Below, one piece after another: positions 21,766 through 35,721 of a stretch of DNA of 64,000 nucleotides. The notes below the pieces were generated by a model, which saw only the letters and a list, made by a program, of their open reading frames with translations, made no database searches and was not told the DNA's origin. Source of the stretch: a virus; IMG/VR virus record IMGVR_UViG_3300044699_000100, positions 779-64,778 of that record; one strand, 5' to 3'. Positions within the stretch are counted from its first letter, which is position 1, and the number at the start of each line of letters is the position of its first letter. The translations under genes were made by a program, and so were the position numbers.

Positions 21766-23332
21766 ATGCACAAGCGCTTTGAGCGGCATAATGTATTTCC
21801 GGCTATACCGGAACCTAAGCCTACGACTGAAAGCCTTGTTATTGTATCTACGTGCCCTTAAGAAGCTGTTGAGCTTTTAACCGGGCAGCGTAATCGTGCT
21901 GCTGAAGGTAGCGCTGCGGTTACTTGGGATGCGCTTCATCGTCGTGGGATTGATTTTACGAGCCTTGAGTCTGCACAGTTAGCTGGTGCGGACTGGTAGC
22001 ATTATGGGTGGGGAGGGGAAGGATGTTTGTTAGCGGTGGAGGTTATAGGCGCTAAAAGAAGGTGTAGTTGGTGGTGAAGGTTTAGGAGTACCGGGTCCAG
22101 AATGGTTGCGGCTGGACCAATAGGGCCAACAGGCCCCGCAGGTGCAGATTGGAGCTACCGGTCCACAGGGACCTATAGGCCCAACAGGCCCAGCAGGCGC
22201 GAGTGGGTCTCCTGATACCGCAGCAGATATTCTTACCAAGCTAGTTCACAGTTGATGGTGCTGGTTCGGGACTTGACGCCGACTTACTTGATGGTCAGTC
22301 CAGCGCTTTTTATCTGGCGCGTGCCAACCACACCGGTTACGCAAGCGGCCAGCACTGTCACTGGGCTGGCTGCTATCGCACGTCGGGCAGTGCCAGTGAC
22401 CTGAGTTGTGGAACCGTAGCCGACGCAAGGATTACTGGACCTTACACCGGCATTACCGCCCTGACGCTCAACGGTAATCTCGTCAACAATGGCGGTTATC
22501 TGCATCTTAACCGCGCCGGGGATGGGACCACCGTCAACATCTTCATGATTGCGATACGGGTTTGGCAGGCAACGTCTTTTTCCGCACTGGTAGTGTCAAC
22601 CGCTGGAGCATTACTAAAGACGCTGTTGCCGAAAGTGGCGCGGTCTGTCGGTTCTGATTTTAATATTACCGCTTACAACGACGCGGGATCGTCACTTGGC
22701 GTAGCGTTGAGCATAGCTCGCGCTTCGCGCGTAGTAAACTTTCCGGTCACGCCCACGTTGCCGGGTGTAGCTCTTGGTACTGCTGCCTTGCAGAACACTG
22801 GCACTTCTGGAGCTAATGTCCCGCGCTCAATGTAGCAATACTTGGTCAGCACGCCAGACCGGTAGCATTGTATCGGCTGCAGTCCGAAACCTTTCCATAG
22901 CGCTTTCTAACGCCGATAATACTGCTGCCACTGGCGTCGGCATTGACTTTTGTGACGAACCTAAACGGCTTCGGCGTGCGCTCGGCGCCAGAATCGTGGC
23001 GAAGAACGTTAGCGCCTCCGAAACCCAACTGGTGTTCCGCCACGCTTTCGGCTCTGTGGCGGCTAGACGCTTGACGATTGCCGGGGCGGGGCAGGTGAAC
23101 ATGCAACCGTCAACAGTGACGCCAGCCGGTGGCGGCGCGGGTAACACCATTCTCGCTCAAAATGGGGTTAGCGCGGGGGTAGGGTTCTGTTGTCGGCGGC
23201 GGGTGCGCCAACGCTCAGCGCTGGCATGGGTAGCATTTACGTGAACGTTACTGCGGCGACGGCGGCAACGCGGGTTTATGTTAACACCGACGGGGCGACG
23301 ACCTTGGACTAATCTTACGGCGGCGGCAATGA
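21766..23332 (+). CDS. Second collagen-containing tail fibre-like gene, heavily frameshifted
   Basis: The + strand reads FPAIPEPKPTTES...AVELLTGQR, then GPT/GPA collagen codons (about 22120-22210), then DADLLDGQ and fibre-like beta repeats. Boundaries are approximate. Confidence 0.45.
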
Positions 23333-23798
23333 TTGAATTGGCAGGATCGATCATGGCATTAAAATTGCGAAAGCTGCTGGATTTATATCTGGTCCAAGCG
23401 ATGTCGTGATAAGCCGCACTGATGAGTACGGGGAGTTACTTGGCGGGGTAGTGATTTATGACTTTACGGGTAGGGCTGTGTCGATGCACGTAGCGGGTTT
23501 TGCACCCAATTGGATCAATAAAGACCTTCTGTGGATATCGTTTCATTATCCATTTGTGCAGTTAGGTTGTGATAGTATTTTTTGTCAGATAAAATCAAGT
23601 AACGAGCGGGCTATTAAATTCGTAAAGAAAGTCGGATTTGAGCCAGAGGTAGTCATTAGAGACGTGTTTCCCGGTGGTGTTGACTTAGTGGTTCTTAGAA
23701 TGTACGCTAGAACCTGCCGATGGTTGGGTATCCGCCCTTCCGGAATTACCTCGGGAGGTAAAGAAGATGACGCTAGAAGAAGTGCCTGCGTTCATTGA
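23329..23798 (+). CDS. GNAT-fold acetyltransferase-like protein preceding the ejection genes
   Basis: GGVVIYDF...MHVAG...WISFHYPFVQLG...SNERAIKFVKKVGFEPE. Confidence 0.7.
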
Positions 23799-24314
23799 AA
23801 AATTGAAGGAGGAGAAGAGGGAGAGGGAGAGGGAGAGGAAAAGAAAAAATTATCGGCAATGGCGGGTTGCTAACCTAGAAAAAGCTAAAGAGTATAACCG
23901 TGAACGGTATGCTGCTAATATAGATAAGGTTAAAGAGTATAATCGTAAATGGTATGCCGCCAACCCAGAAAAGGCTAAAGAGTTAAAGCGTAAATGGTAT
24001 GCCGCTAACCCAGAAAAGGTTAAAGAGCTAAGCATAAATGGTATGCCGCCAATTCAGAGAATGAACGTAGTAAATTTTTTAAAAGAAAATATGGCATAAC
24101 TTTAGAAGAACGCGATGCAATGTTCTTAGCACAAGGTTAGCGTATGTGCGGCGTGTGGTACCGATAAACCCGGTAGTAGGGGTTGGCATATCGACCACTG
24201 CCATATAACAAAAAGGTTCGAGGCATAGTCTGTCACAATTGTAATATTGCCTTAGGGATGGTGAAAGACAGCGTAGAAACTCTTTATAAGCTAATCGCTT
24301 ACCTTCAAAGGTAA
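23767..24314 (+). CDS. Endonuclease VII-family (HNH) free-standing endonuclease, frameshifted
   Basis: N-terminal roughly 14-aa KEY.RKWYAANPEK repeats. C-terminal CAACG...WHIDHCH...VRGIVCHNCNIALG...IAYLQR*. Confidence 0.75.
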
Positions 24315-24343
24315 TGCGACCTTAAGATGTAAAGGAGACAACC

Positions 24344-25390
24344 GTGGGTGGAAAAAGTAGCGCTCCTAGCCCTCCGGACTACGGTCCCCTCTTGGCCGCG
24401 AACGAAAAGACGGCCGCGTTCGCACGCAAGCTCGCCCAAGAACAATGGAGCTGGGCAAAATCCGTCTACAACGAAAATAAGGGCCTCATGCGGGACACAA
24501 ACACATCATTTTTAAAAACCATGGAGAACGCCCGTAATTGCTTCCGAAGAAGACCGCACGCGCTATAAGACTTTGTTCCAGCCCCAAGAGGACCGTCTCA
24601 TCCACGATCTTCAAACTTATGACACTCCCGAACGAAGGGACCGGGAAGTGGGCGCTGCGCAAGCTAATGTCGCCCAGCAGTTTGACGCCGCTCGCGAACA
24701 AGCTACTTCCCAGTTAGAGAGCTTCGGGATCAACCCTAGCGCCACACGGTTCGCTGCGTTGGATCGTAGTGCACGCACCCAAGAAGCGCTTGGCAAGGCA
24801 GCCGCAGGGACTGGTGCTGCGCTAAGTGTAGAAGATAAGGCCCGCGCGCTTAGGACCGCAGCCTTGGACATTGGTAAAGGGTATCCGGGGTCAATCACTG
24901 CTGCAGGACAGCTAGGTGTAAATGCTGCGGGTGGGGCGCAGACGGGTACCACCCAAGCTTATGCAACGGGCGCTGAAGCCATGGGCACAGGGCCGCAATG
25001 GCTGGGTGGTAGCAACACGGCGTTGGGGAATTGGGGACAGGCGTTAAACAATCAGTATGATGCTCAGCTTGGTCAGTTCAATGCCAACCAAAGCGCGTCC
25101 AGTGGGTGGGGGACTGCCGCTGGGATACTTGGCGGTATGGCGATGAAGCGCTTTGGCTTTGATTTGGGCGGGGCTGTGTCTCCGGAAATGAGCCCGTCGG
25201 AGGAGCCGTGGAGGATGATGTCCCAGCCGCCGTAAACGTTGGTGAGTTTGTGGTACCGGCTGATACCGTTAGCTGGCTGGGCGAGAAGCATTTTCACAGT
25301 TTAACTGAAAAAGCCCGAAAGGAACGTGCTGAAGCAGAAGCCGTCCCGACAAACTACGACGAAGAATTAAGCTTCGGTATGGGAGCCTGA
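24344..25390 (+). CDS. Internal virion (ejection or pilot) protein, frameshifted
   Basis: MGGKSSAPSPPDYGP N-terminus, Ala/Gly/Gln-rich body and C-terminal DDVPAAVNVGEFVVPAD motif. Confidence 0.7.
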
Positions 25391-25391
25391 T

Positions 25392-27867
25392 ATGCCGTTC
25401 AATCGCGAACTCGAAGACTTTGCGCAAGCTTTCTCTTCGGGCTATGGCATGACTAAATCCAAAGAAGAGCGTGAGGCAGAGCGGCTTCAGTTAGAGGCTG
25501 CGAGATTTGCCAACGAACGTGCTCCGGTGGTAGCGGGGCAGGAGGATATAAAATTTGGCCTTGATGTAGAAGCTAAGAAGTGGGCGCTTACTGACGCACA
25601 GGCTGCCAGAGAGCGGGCTAAGATAGATCAGGCGCACGACGATGCGGCGTGGGAGCTTGACCAGCAAATAAGAAAAAATCAAATTTCTCAGCAGGAGTAC
25701 GATGCAAAGCGGAAAGTACTAGACGACACACATAAAGATCAACTGCATGAACTTACCGTGAGAGAAGGAACTGCGAAAGCTTCTGCGGCTGAGATTGCAA
25801 TTTCTCCCGAAGTACAGGAGCGGCAAAGAAGAATTGACGAAGCAAACATACAACAAAGTGAAGCTGCTACAGAATCTTCACGAGCGACCACAGCAGGACA
25901 ACTAGTTGATGTCGATATAAAGAAACTAGGACTTAAAAAGGCTCAGCACGAAGCCAGTATATGGGACTCAGCAACTGATGTAATAAATAGCAGAAAAGCT
26001 GCTTTACCCAAAGAAAACCAACCACATGTTATATTTGATCCTAATGCTCCCCCTGCAGAAGCTGTCCCTGAGGGGCCTGCTCCTTTTGTTTTGCGCAAGC
26101 CGGTGCCTACAGTCGGGCCAGTGATCGGAGGAGCACCCGCAGCGGGCGGGGGCTTGTCCGTTGGCGCAACGCCGCAAGGTCCCGGTCTAGGCCCGCGTGC
26201 CGAAGAGGGCGCAGTAGAGGCTCCTCCTGTTCCTGCTAATAGCCCTCTCGGTAGTGGGACATCTCTGGGTTCGTTTAACCCTCCGCTTTCGGATGGGGAG
26301 CTTGCACCTGAACCAGTGCCACCTCCTACGGCACCTACTCCTACTCCCCCTGCACCTCCTGCCATTCCTCCCACAGAAGCAGTAGCTACTGGTGCGGCGG
26401 GGGCTCCAGCTTTACCGGTCACTGAGGACGCTAGAATATCGTATGAAGACCCCAAGCAGCGGGTTATTGATAACATTGTTAACGGTAGACCTAACCAAGT
26501 ACCCGGTGGCAAGAGTAATATGAAGGCAGGCGCTAGAGAAGCCGTGAAGGACGGTCTTAGCCTATTAATGCAAGAACATGGGCTGAACGACGACTACGCG
26601 GTAGGAACTCCCGAGGTAGACAACCAGCAGCTTGGGTTTCTCACTGGCGCTCGCGCTGCAGACCCTCCTGTAGTAAAGATGGTCGAGGATACTATAGAGG
26701 AGCAAGTTGGCGAAGAGTTGTCTCAGAATGAGAAGACTTATTATACATTGGCTACTGGGTGGATATATTACAACGGAATTGGCGATGCCGACGCGGCCCA
26801 GAGATTTGCCGCAAACACGCTGGCGCATTATCAGAAAGCGTTTAGTCAGTACACTGCTGTCATGCAAGCTGCTGCCTCGTCAGGGAGACATAGACGGTAC
26901 AATGGATGCGGCTGTGCGCGCTTACGCTAACGTGCCGACTGGCGATGAATTGCATTTATCGTGGACAGAAGATAAGAAGCATATCAAAGCGACCATTACA
27001 GATATGGACGGCAAGGTGATTGAAAAGCAGCTTATGACGCCAGAAGAGATGGGTGCGTTTGCTATGGGGGTTAACCCTTCTTCTTATGTTTCGTTTATTT
27101 CGCAGGCTGCAGGGAGGGAGGATAAGACTATATCTCAAGCGGCAGCAGATAAGATGGGCATGCCCAATGTTGCGGGTCTTACCGAAGAGCAAGTGCGTAT
27201 TAAGCAAGCACAGGAAGAAGCCGGTAAGAAAGACAAACTTTCACCAACTGAACTTGGAGAGGCTCGTACAGATGTAGCTACCGAACTCGACAACTTTATT
27301 ACTAAAAATCCTACACTTGAGAAGTTTTTCAATGACGAGGCTAAAGGTAGGCGAGATGACCTACAGACGGCATCGGAGCAGCTTTTGATAAATAACGTAG
27401 AAATTGGCCCCCGAAATGCAGTTGCAGCGACTATGGATATATTGGCTAAAGGACTTAGCGAACCTCCAGTAATGTCCGACGATGATCCCATGGCTAAAAT
27501 AAATGTCGAGGGTTTGGGGCAGCTTACCTTGCCTAAGGAAACTTATAAAACGCTTGTAACACTACGAAAGATGGGTGAGTTCCGTGAAGGAGCTTTTGGC
27601 CCTCCCGCTCCCGGCAAGAGTTTTTCGGACTATCTACCTACTTCTACTCCCGATGCAGTACCAGCACCAAACTTTTATGCGATAAAACCACCTGCTGTTT
27701 ACGATCCAAATAGGGTTGATCCGATAATAGAAACAGTCAAGAAAGCTTGGGAAGGACTAACCGCAGTCCCCACAGGTCCCATTCCTCCATATAATCCGAG
27801 CGGTAGGCCGGGATATGGACAACCTATGAATAGACCAAAAGGAAACAAAAATTACCTTCAAAGGTAA
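25392..27867 (+). CDS. Internal virion (ejection) protein, frameshifted
   Basis: ORFs 25392..26930 and 26707..27867 join, between the pilot gene and the giant gene. Confidence 0.6.
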
Positions 27868-27885
27868 AGGCAATGCCAAGCATTT

Positions 27886-30800
27886 ATGAGTCCCCCACTT
27901 ATAACAAAGGCCCGTCAAGGGACTGGTGCTGTATTATGGAGCGATTATCTCAAGCAGGCGGGGGCCGGTCTTGTTGGCGATGTGGCTGCCTCTGTGCCTG
28001 CTGCTACGCGTTATGCCGCAGAAGCTTTGCCGCAGAGCGAGTTTAGCGATCTTGTTGCAGGGTCAAGTCATTATCTGGAAGATAAATTAAACGAATGGGG
28101 CGAGGACATAGCGAGCGGTCTTAGCCCAACCGCTCAGAGCCGGATCGCGGCTGAGTTTGCTTCTCCTGAATATTGGGCGCATCCGTTCAGTAGCACAGCT
28201 TTAACAGCTACTCGTTCTGCGCCGTCCATGGCTGCTGCAGCGGCAGCGACGTTGCTCACTGGCGGCGGCACTGCTGGCGTAGCTGCGCTTATGGGGGCCG
28301 GTGGCTTCCTGAGTGCTGGCGAGACAGTCGATGAGATGTACGAAGCAACGGACAGAATGTCCAGCGCTGAACTGGCAGAAAATAACCCACTTTATGCTGG
28401 ACTGCTTGAAGATGGCCTTAGTGAGGCACAGGCCCGTAGAGAATTTAACAGTACTATGCTTGGCCTTAAGCCGGTCCTCTTGGGTGCGTTTGGCGGGCTG
28501 ACCACGCTTATAGGTCCGGAAGCGCAAGTACTTCGTAATTTCACCAAAGCAGGCATCAGGGAGGCTGCTACAGGCGGTATAGCTAAGCGTGTTGGTAAGT
28601 CAGCAGGCGAAGCATTCGTTGGCGAGACAGCGGAGACTGGGGCTGAAGATATTACGGCCCAGCAGGGGGCCGTTGATGTAGGACTACAGCCAGAGATAAA
28701 TTTAGGTCAAACCGCTCGAAGCTCTCTGTATGGCGGTGTCATAGGTGCTGTGCTGGGTGCTCCCGGAGGCATTCGCTCGCACACCAACGCCAACCCTCGT
28801 CCGCAGCCTGTTAACCCGCCAGCAGCCGTTGTCTCGAACGCTGTAAAGCCCAATCAAGCTGCCGTGCCAGCGAGGGCGTCTAATACCAATGCTTCTCCAC
28901 CCGTTGTACCTACGCCAACCAAGCGGACTGGGCCTACGTCCAGAGCCGCCACTATTCCCGGAGCGACAGGCGATGCATACAAGAAGCCCAAGCAAGCCCC
29001 CGGCGCACCACGCCGCCCAAGTTCAGGTGCAGTGGGAACAGTTGGAACTCCCGTTACCGCTGCCACCGCAACGACCGCCGAGGCCACTCCTAGTACCTTG
29101 GCCGGGATAGCTCCCCCTGCCCCACAGAGCCCCGTAGGCGCGGTTTCGGGGGTAGGGGCTACTCCTACCCCCTCTCCGGCCCAAGTCGCGCCTACGGGGC
29201 TCGTAGGGGGTCAAGGAGTGACTTCTGCTCCCGATCCCACTGGTATCGTCGTTGGGACGACAGAGGCCGCCGCATTACCCAAGCCACGTACACCGTCTCA
29301 GGTTCAGCAAGCCACTGGCGTGCCTTATGCACAGGCGCGTGCCGTAGCTGAACGGGAGGGTGATACTTCAGGTGTTCCTGCCCCTGCTGCCCCTGCCCCT
29401 GCTGCCCCCTGCCCCTGCTGCCCCTGCACCTGCTGCTGTGCTGCCAGCCCCGACTCCAACACCAACCCCCGCCCAAACACCCGGTGAAGGTTTTGGGGCT
29501 GGCACCATAGCAGCACGTGTAGCTCCTCCCCAAGAGACTGTGCCTATAGGAGAGCCACGTCCTTCGGCTCTAGCTCCGGGTACTGTAGAGCAACCGGTCG
29601 GTATACCTGCTGCTCCCGCTCCTGCTGCTCCCGCTCCTGCTGCTCCCGCTCCTGCTGCTCCCGCTCCTGCTGCTCCCGCTCCTGCTGCTCCCGCTCCTGC
29701 TGCTCCCGCTCCTGTACCGGCACCGGCACCGAAAGCTCGCGCCGCTCCTGTCCCCAAGGCACCTAAAGAAAATCCAAATGTTGCGCGTGCAGTAAAACAT
29801 GGCGTGCCACCGCTTGAGGGTAAGCACACAGGTCGTAATACAAAACTTTACGACGATGCTGATGCTGCACAAGCATTACTCGATCAACGCCCGGCTAGTC
29901 CTGCAATCCCAGCTACAGAAGAAGGGATCGACGCACTCGCAACCGAGATAGGCGGTATTGTAAAGACTGCCGCAGGGCAGGGCGTGGAGCTTCGTGGCAA
30001 GGTTGGTTTTCCGACTACGCCCCATTCGCTTGTGTGGCTACGGGAAGCGCAGGAGTTTGTCAGCAGGCTTAGTGGCAAAAAGAAAATCGAGCTTGCCGAC
30101 AAGCAAGCGGCTGCTATTCGGTTTCTTGATCGTGAACTTAGAATAAGAAAGGGTGAAGGAAATAGCGTTAAAGCCGAGCGCAATGCCGAAGGCGAAGCTG
30201 CTATGGCGGCGCGCGGCAAGGGCAAAGGCAAGGTAACAGAACAAACTCAAGCAGGAGATATTGTTGCTGGCCCCGCAAAGCTGAATGTTCCTACTGAGAA
30301 ACGCGAAGTTGTTCAGGCGGGGGGCTTAATAAAGAGGAAAGACGTAGCGAAAGCTTTTACACGTGAAGTTTCTCCTGAGGCGCGTGCAGAGATAGAAGCT
30401 CGCACTGCAGCCGAAAGCATAGAAGCTGTTAAGAAAAAAGCGGCTGAAGCTGCTAAGCCCAAGCCCTTACCTCCAACGGTAGCTGAGAAGGTAGAAGCTA
30501 CGAAAGCTAAGACCGCAGCGAAGAAACAAGCTCAGAAGGAGGCATTACCTTCGAAGGTAAGGGAGAAAAAACCTCTTACGGTAAAAGTTACTCCTGAAGC
30601 CGTAGCAAAAGCTAAAGCCGTAGCTGAAGCCAAGAAGGCACCGCCTAAGCCTTCCGGCAAAGCCGCGCTTGGGAGCGAACTGGCAAAGGTTGAGCCTAAC
30701 CCCAGCAACGCGCAGATTGAAGCCGATAATGCTTCCAAGGGGCATATCCCCCTTGAAGGCATGCAGGTTGCTGTCTCTACTGCAGCGAAGACCGAACGGC

Positions 30801-33800
30801 ATCTCGTGTTACCGAGTGGCTCTCGTGTCAGCCGTCTTTATAATTACTCTTATGGACATATCCTTGGAACAAAAGCTCCCGACGGCAAGCCCATTGATAT
30901 TTTCCTAGGTCCGGAGGCTTATCCCGGTAATCCTAAACTGGAAGGGCTTCCAGTTGTTGTGATCGACCAAGTGGACCCGGACACTAAGGCTCCCGACGAA
31001 CCCAAGGTGATGTATGGGTTCAGCAAAGTAACCGATGCGGTAGAAGCTTATAAGGATAGTTATCCGCGCGGTGACGAGCGTGTTGGCGATGTTGTGCCGA
31101 TGACGCCAAATGAATTTAAGCAATGGAGAAGGTCCAAGGAGGAGATAAAGAACGCCGACGAGACTGCAGGTGAGCCTGTTAGCGAGCTAGAGGCTCTGAT
31201 TGAAGAGCAGGCTACGGATGCTGCGTCGCAAGATGAACTGGATACTATTGACGACGGTTCGGTACCGCCCGTTCCGTTTTCAGACGAAGATATGGAAGAT
31301 GCCAGTCAAGCTAAAGAAAATGCGGCTAAGCGAGAACTCATTGCTGCTGCGAGTGCCGTACGGAGCGGTAGATTTAGTGATTTTGTTGGTGAAGCAACTG
31401 ATGCGTATCAGAATTTTTCTTGGTATAAACCTATTACCAGATCAATTTTCAGGAGATTTTTGCAGCAGATTAACTCGCTAGCCAGCGATGTTCCTGTCTA
31501 TGTTGTTCCAGATACTGTGTATGAGAATGACTTGGGGAAAGGTTTTGGTACTGCAGCTTTCTATAGTCCCCACGGGAACTTTATAGCTATAAAAGAAAGC
31601 CATGCTAATTTTAGCGCTTTTAATACTGGAGCATCGCAACTCCTACTGCACGAAGGTGTGCATGCAGCATTTACTAAGGCCATATATGCAAACCAAAAAA
31701 TGCTGGACCTTGTTAACGATGTATACCATGAAGCGGTAGCAAACTCTACTAGATGGACTTTCCCTAGTAGACGTGCCCAGTATGGCTTGACGAACGTCGA
31801 TGAGTTTATAGCGGAGGCTATAAGCAATAGGGACTTTCAGAAATTCCTCGCTAACATCAAAGCAACTCCATATCTCATAGAAAAACTTGGACTGACCAAG
31901 AGCCGCCCACGTTCCATGTGGGATGTGTTTACGCGAATGGTTGGCAAGGCACTGCGCCTATCGCCAGTACACGATACGTTGCTTGGCGCTGCTATGAAAG
32001 TGTCATCGCAGCTAGAGCTTGCTTCGATAGGTATAGGACAAGGCGTTCCCAGCGATTTACGGTCGGCAAGCATAAGGTCTGGAAAACGTACTGGAGTGGT
32101 TGCTGACCTAGGTGAACTGGAGAGCCGGTTACCAGAAGCCCTCACCGACAGATTACCTTCAAAGGTAAATGCTCTTCTTGGCACCACAGCGAACATACAA
32201 CCTCAACAAGGCACTCCGTGGGCGTTGGGCATTCGCACAATGGACCAAGTTGTGCAGTTGGCAAAAGGTTTTAACACTAAATTTTACGAGCATCTTAGAA
32301 AAGCTGCAGATATCGTTGAGATGATCCGCACTACTGCGGATAGATACCTTAACGAGATGAAGCCTATTATCTACGAAAGCCATGCACTGGAGAACAAGTA
32401 CAAGGGTACCGGGCTATGGGAGAGATTTGTTGATCTCGTAATGACGGAGACCAGAGTACAAGTTTACGCTGACCGTCTTCTTGCAAGTCAAAAACATCTT
32501 GGGAAAAATACGCTTAGGGGCGCACAACCCAAAGCCGAGTGGGCCGCGCTTAACGCCGAGTGGCAGGAACTTAGTAATCTAGCCCCTGACCTGATGGCGT
32601 TTCGTGCCAAGTCCATAGAGTTCTTTAAGGAGGCCCAGAATAAAGGAACGTATGGGCATCATAAAGAACTCGCTTAAGATTGGCGGGTTTGACGATCCCG
32701 ATCTGGCGCAAAGATTACTCGATGGCGACGAGACGGACGCAGATATTGCAACGCTTGGAAGATTATACGATCATATCAAGGACGCATCCGAGCTTGCCAA
32801 GCTGAAGGGACCCTATATCCCGCAAATGCGGAGGGGTAAGTATGTCGTTCGTGCGTTGGCTAAAATTACGGCTCCTGCTAACGCACTGAGAGCCATACCC
32901 GACGAGAACGGCGAAGTAAGGACTTGGGAGTTTGCCGGGAAGGGCGCTCGCAAGCGCGCGATGGACTATGCTGCATCCCTGAAGGGCAGCGGCATGATAG
33001 CAACCCCAACCTCAGTATGGGTGGACACCAACACTGGCGAGAGATATTTTAATCTTAACCAGCCTAACGAAACACGTGTCAGACCGCAAGACGCTGACGC
33101 AGAACAACGCTTCAGGGTTACAGTTCAGAACCGCTACGTGGACTTCTTTGAGACCAAGTACGAAGCGCGCAAAGCTGCTTTTGAGCTGGAGAATGACCCT
33201 GACATAGAAACAGGGAGCGTAAAGTCTGTCGTCGAGCAAAGGTTTAATCCCGGCGACCGTCAGGCCGACTTGATGTCGCATCAGTTACAAGTGCTTGCTT
33301 CTAGCCTGCAGAGAAGGCCGGGATATCAGAACCTAAGTCCCAACGAACAGAACCAAGTTATACAGGCGTTCAACACTGCCAGCTTGAGATTATTAAGTTC
33401 AACAAGAATACAAACAAAACGCATGCAACGCACCAACGTGCTTGGCGCTTCCACAGATTTCACACGTAATACATTGGAATACGCTCAAAGCGTATCGGGT
33501 TACCTCGCAAGGTTAGATCACCAAGACAATCTGAACACTGCCATGCGGGAAGCCCGCAAGGAAGCCGATAGCTCCCGCGATGCAGGTAAAGGGCTGGGCC
33601 AAAGCCAGATCATGAATGACATGGAGAAGCGTATCGCTCGCTCCACTGCATTTGAGCAGCCCGGAAGGATAACCGAATGGGTCAATAGGATTTTAGCAGC
33701 AAGCTTTGCGGATAAGTTGATCTCTCCCGCTTATAACCTGCTTAACTCCTTGCAGGTTATCATGGTGACCTATCCAGCGCTCGCATCCAGATACGGTGCC

Positions 33801-35281
33801 GGGCGTGCAGCACAGATGTTGTTCAGAGTTTATCGTGACATTGGCACGGGGCAGGCTCTCAAGAGTGGCCTTATCGCTTCCAAGCGCACGCTTATGCAAG
33901 GGCCGTTGGCTGAAACTCCAAGTGTTCTTGATGATATTATAGCTAGGCTTAAGCCGCAAGAACGCGCGATGATTAATTATCTCGTGGAGCGCGGCAGCAT
34001 TGATCCGAATGCTGGCATTGAAATTGCCGATATGATCGAGACCCGCACGGGTGCGGTAGGGACTTTGGACCAAATAATAAATTCTGTATCTACTTTTGGC
34101 AGGCAGATGCCGAAGAGCATCGAAGCCATCAACCGTTCAGTGACGGCGCTTGCTTCTTATAGACTGGAGATGCAGCGCAACGGTGGTAACCACGACGCCG
34201 CCATGGCGTTCGCGCAAGAAACCACCAACATGACGCAGGGGCTCTACTCTCATTCTAATGCTGCACCCATATTCAATCATCCGCTTGGTAGGCTAAGCCT
34301 GCAGTTCAAGAAATATGGACAGCTTATCTATGGGATGCTAGGGCATAACATCGGTAAGGCAATACGCAACGCCGAGCCGGGGGACCGTGCAGAGGCAGTT
34401 AAGACACTCGCTTATATGGCTGCTACGCATGTTGTGCTTGCTGGCGCACTGGGGCTTCCCACGGAGCCACTTAAGTGGCTTATAATTGGAGCCAATCAGG
34501 CAGGCATCACAGAGGCGACTTGGGCAGACGTTGAAAATAATGTACGGGAGATACTTGCCAGCACGTTTGGGCAGCAACTTGGCGAGATAGCCGCAAGAGG
34601 TATTTCGCGCGCACTCCCAGAAGGCTTTGCGTTTGATATGAGTTCTCGTGTCGGCATGCAGGACTTGCTGACATATGGTGAGCCACGCGGTGCAGACGAC
34701 CAATCTTTAAGCGCTTATATGTGGGATGTTGGCAGTAGGGTGCTCCGGGATCGTTGGTTAAGGACTGGCTTGCAGGCTCGCAGGCATTGATGAATGGTGA
34801 GTGGGTAGAGGCTACTCAGAAATTTACACCCATTAAAGTCGTCGCTGACGCCATCAAGTCATACCAAGTTACCTCTGGAGGTAAGAAAACCAAAGCCGGT
34901 TACGAAAGCCTGTCGCCTTATGGTGCAGGCGAGGCAGCGCTTCGTGTTTTAGGGTTAGCTCCAGCACGTGACGTAGAAACAGCAGAAGCTAGAAATTATT
35001 TTTATTCGGCACAGAGCCGTGCCGCTGCATCGCGTAATGAACTCATGCACCAGTGGGTTACTGCATCTCCTAGTGAGCGTGGCAAACTCTGGGGACAGGT
35101 GGAAAAATTCAACTACGGTAAGACTCGCGACGAGAAGCTTACCAGATCGGACTTGGATAAATATGCAAAGCGCCGCCGCACTGAAGAACGCGAAGGGCTT
35201 GTAAAGAGCGGGTTCCGCGTAACACGGAGAGATACAAACCTTTACAAAAAAGTTCAAGGAACCTATAGTGTTAGTCCATAG
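27886..35281 (+). CDS. Giant ejection or polyvalent protein (about 2,460 codons across 4 fragments)
   Basis: Contains a PAPAA linker, an inorganic-pyrophosphatase-like domain (YGHILGT..PDG.PIDIFLGP...VIDQ..P....DEPKVMYGF), a zincin HEGVH...NVDEFIAEA and a PLxRFG-like YIPQMRRGKY segment. Confidence 0.7.
29606..29710 (+). repeat. Seven perfect 15-nt tandem repeats CCTGCTGCTCCCGCT, encoding (PAAPA)7
   Basis: Read directly. Coding linker in the giant gene. Confidence 0.9.
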
Positions 35282-35377
35282 GAGCTTCTGCCGAAGCTGA
35301 CTTAGCCCTACAGCTTACGGCGCTAGCGGGCTGGCATCCCGACACCACTGCCACCATAACCTTCAGAGGTAACATCC

Positions 35378-35650
35378 ATGCCTAAAGGTATTCGTGATCC
35401 GTCCTCGCACAGGACCCCTGCGCAAATCAGGAAACAAGTTAAGGGCTATAACCATCGGCCTGAACAGATCAAGGAGCGCTCAGACAATAATAAAGCTAGA
35501 GCTATGCTAGCTAAAGAGGGGCTTGTCCACAAAGGTGATAATCTTGATGTAGATCACAAAAAACCACAGCGCAGCGGAGGCTCAAATAAACGGTCTAATC
35601 TCCGTGCCATTGATCGTAGTAGAAATCGTGGCTGGCGGGATGGAATATGA
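35378..35650 (+). CDS. Small HNH-type protein
   Basis: DVDHKKPQRSGGSNKRSNLRAIDRSRNRG. GAGGT SD inside the 35357 palindrome. Confidence 0.7.
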   Translation: MPKGIRDPSSHRTPAQIRKQVKGYNHRPEQIKERSDNNKARAMLAKEGLVHKGDNLDVDHKKPQRSGGSNKRSNLRAIDRSRNRGWRDGI

Positions 35651-35721
35651 CTTGCGTGCAGTCAGTAATTAGCGTAATAGATTAAAGTCTAACTAAAGTC
35701 TAACAAAGAGGAGGTAGAGAC

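Noticed and set aside
14582-23332. Diversity-generating retroelement acting on the fibre genes
   Set aside because: No reverse transcriptase ORF and no template/variable repeat pair with adenine-specific differences was seen.
29368-29872. Antisense ORFs with EREQQ, SRSGS or AGAGA repeats
   Set aside because: They are shadows of the 15-nt PAAPA tandem repeat.
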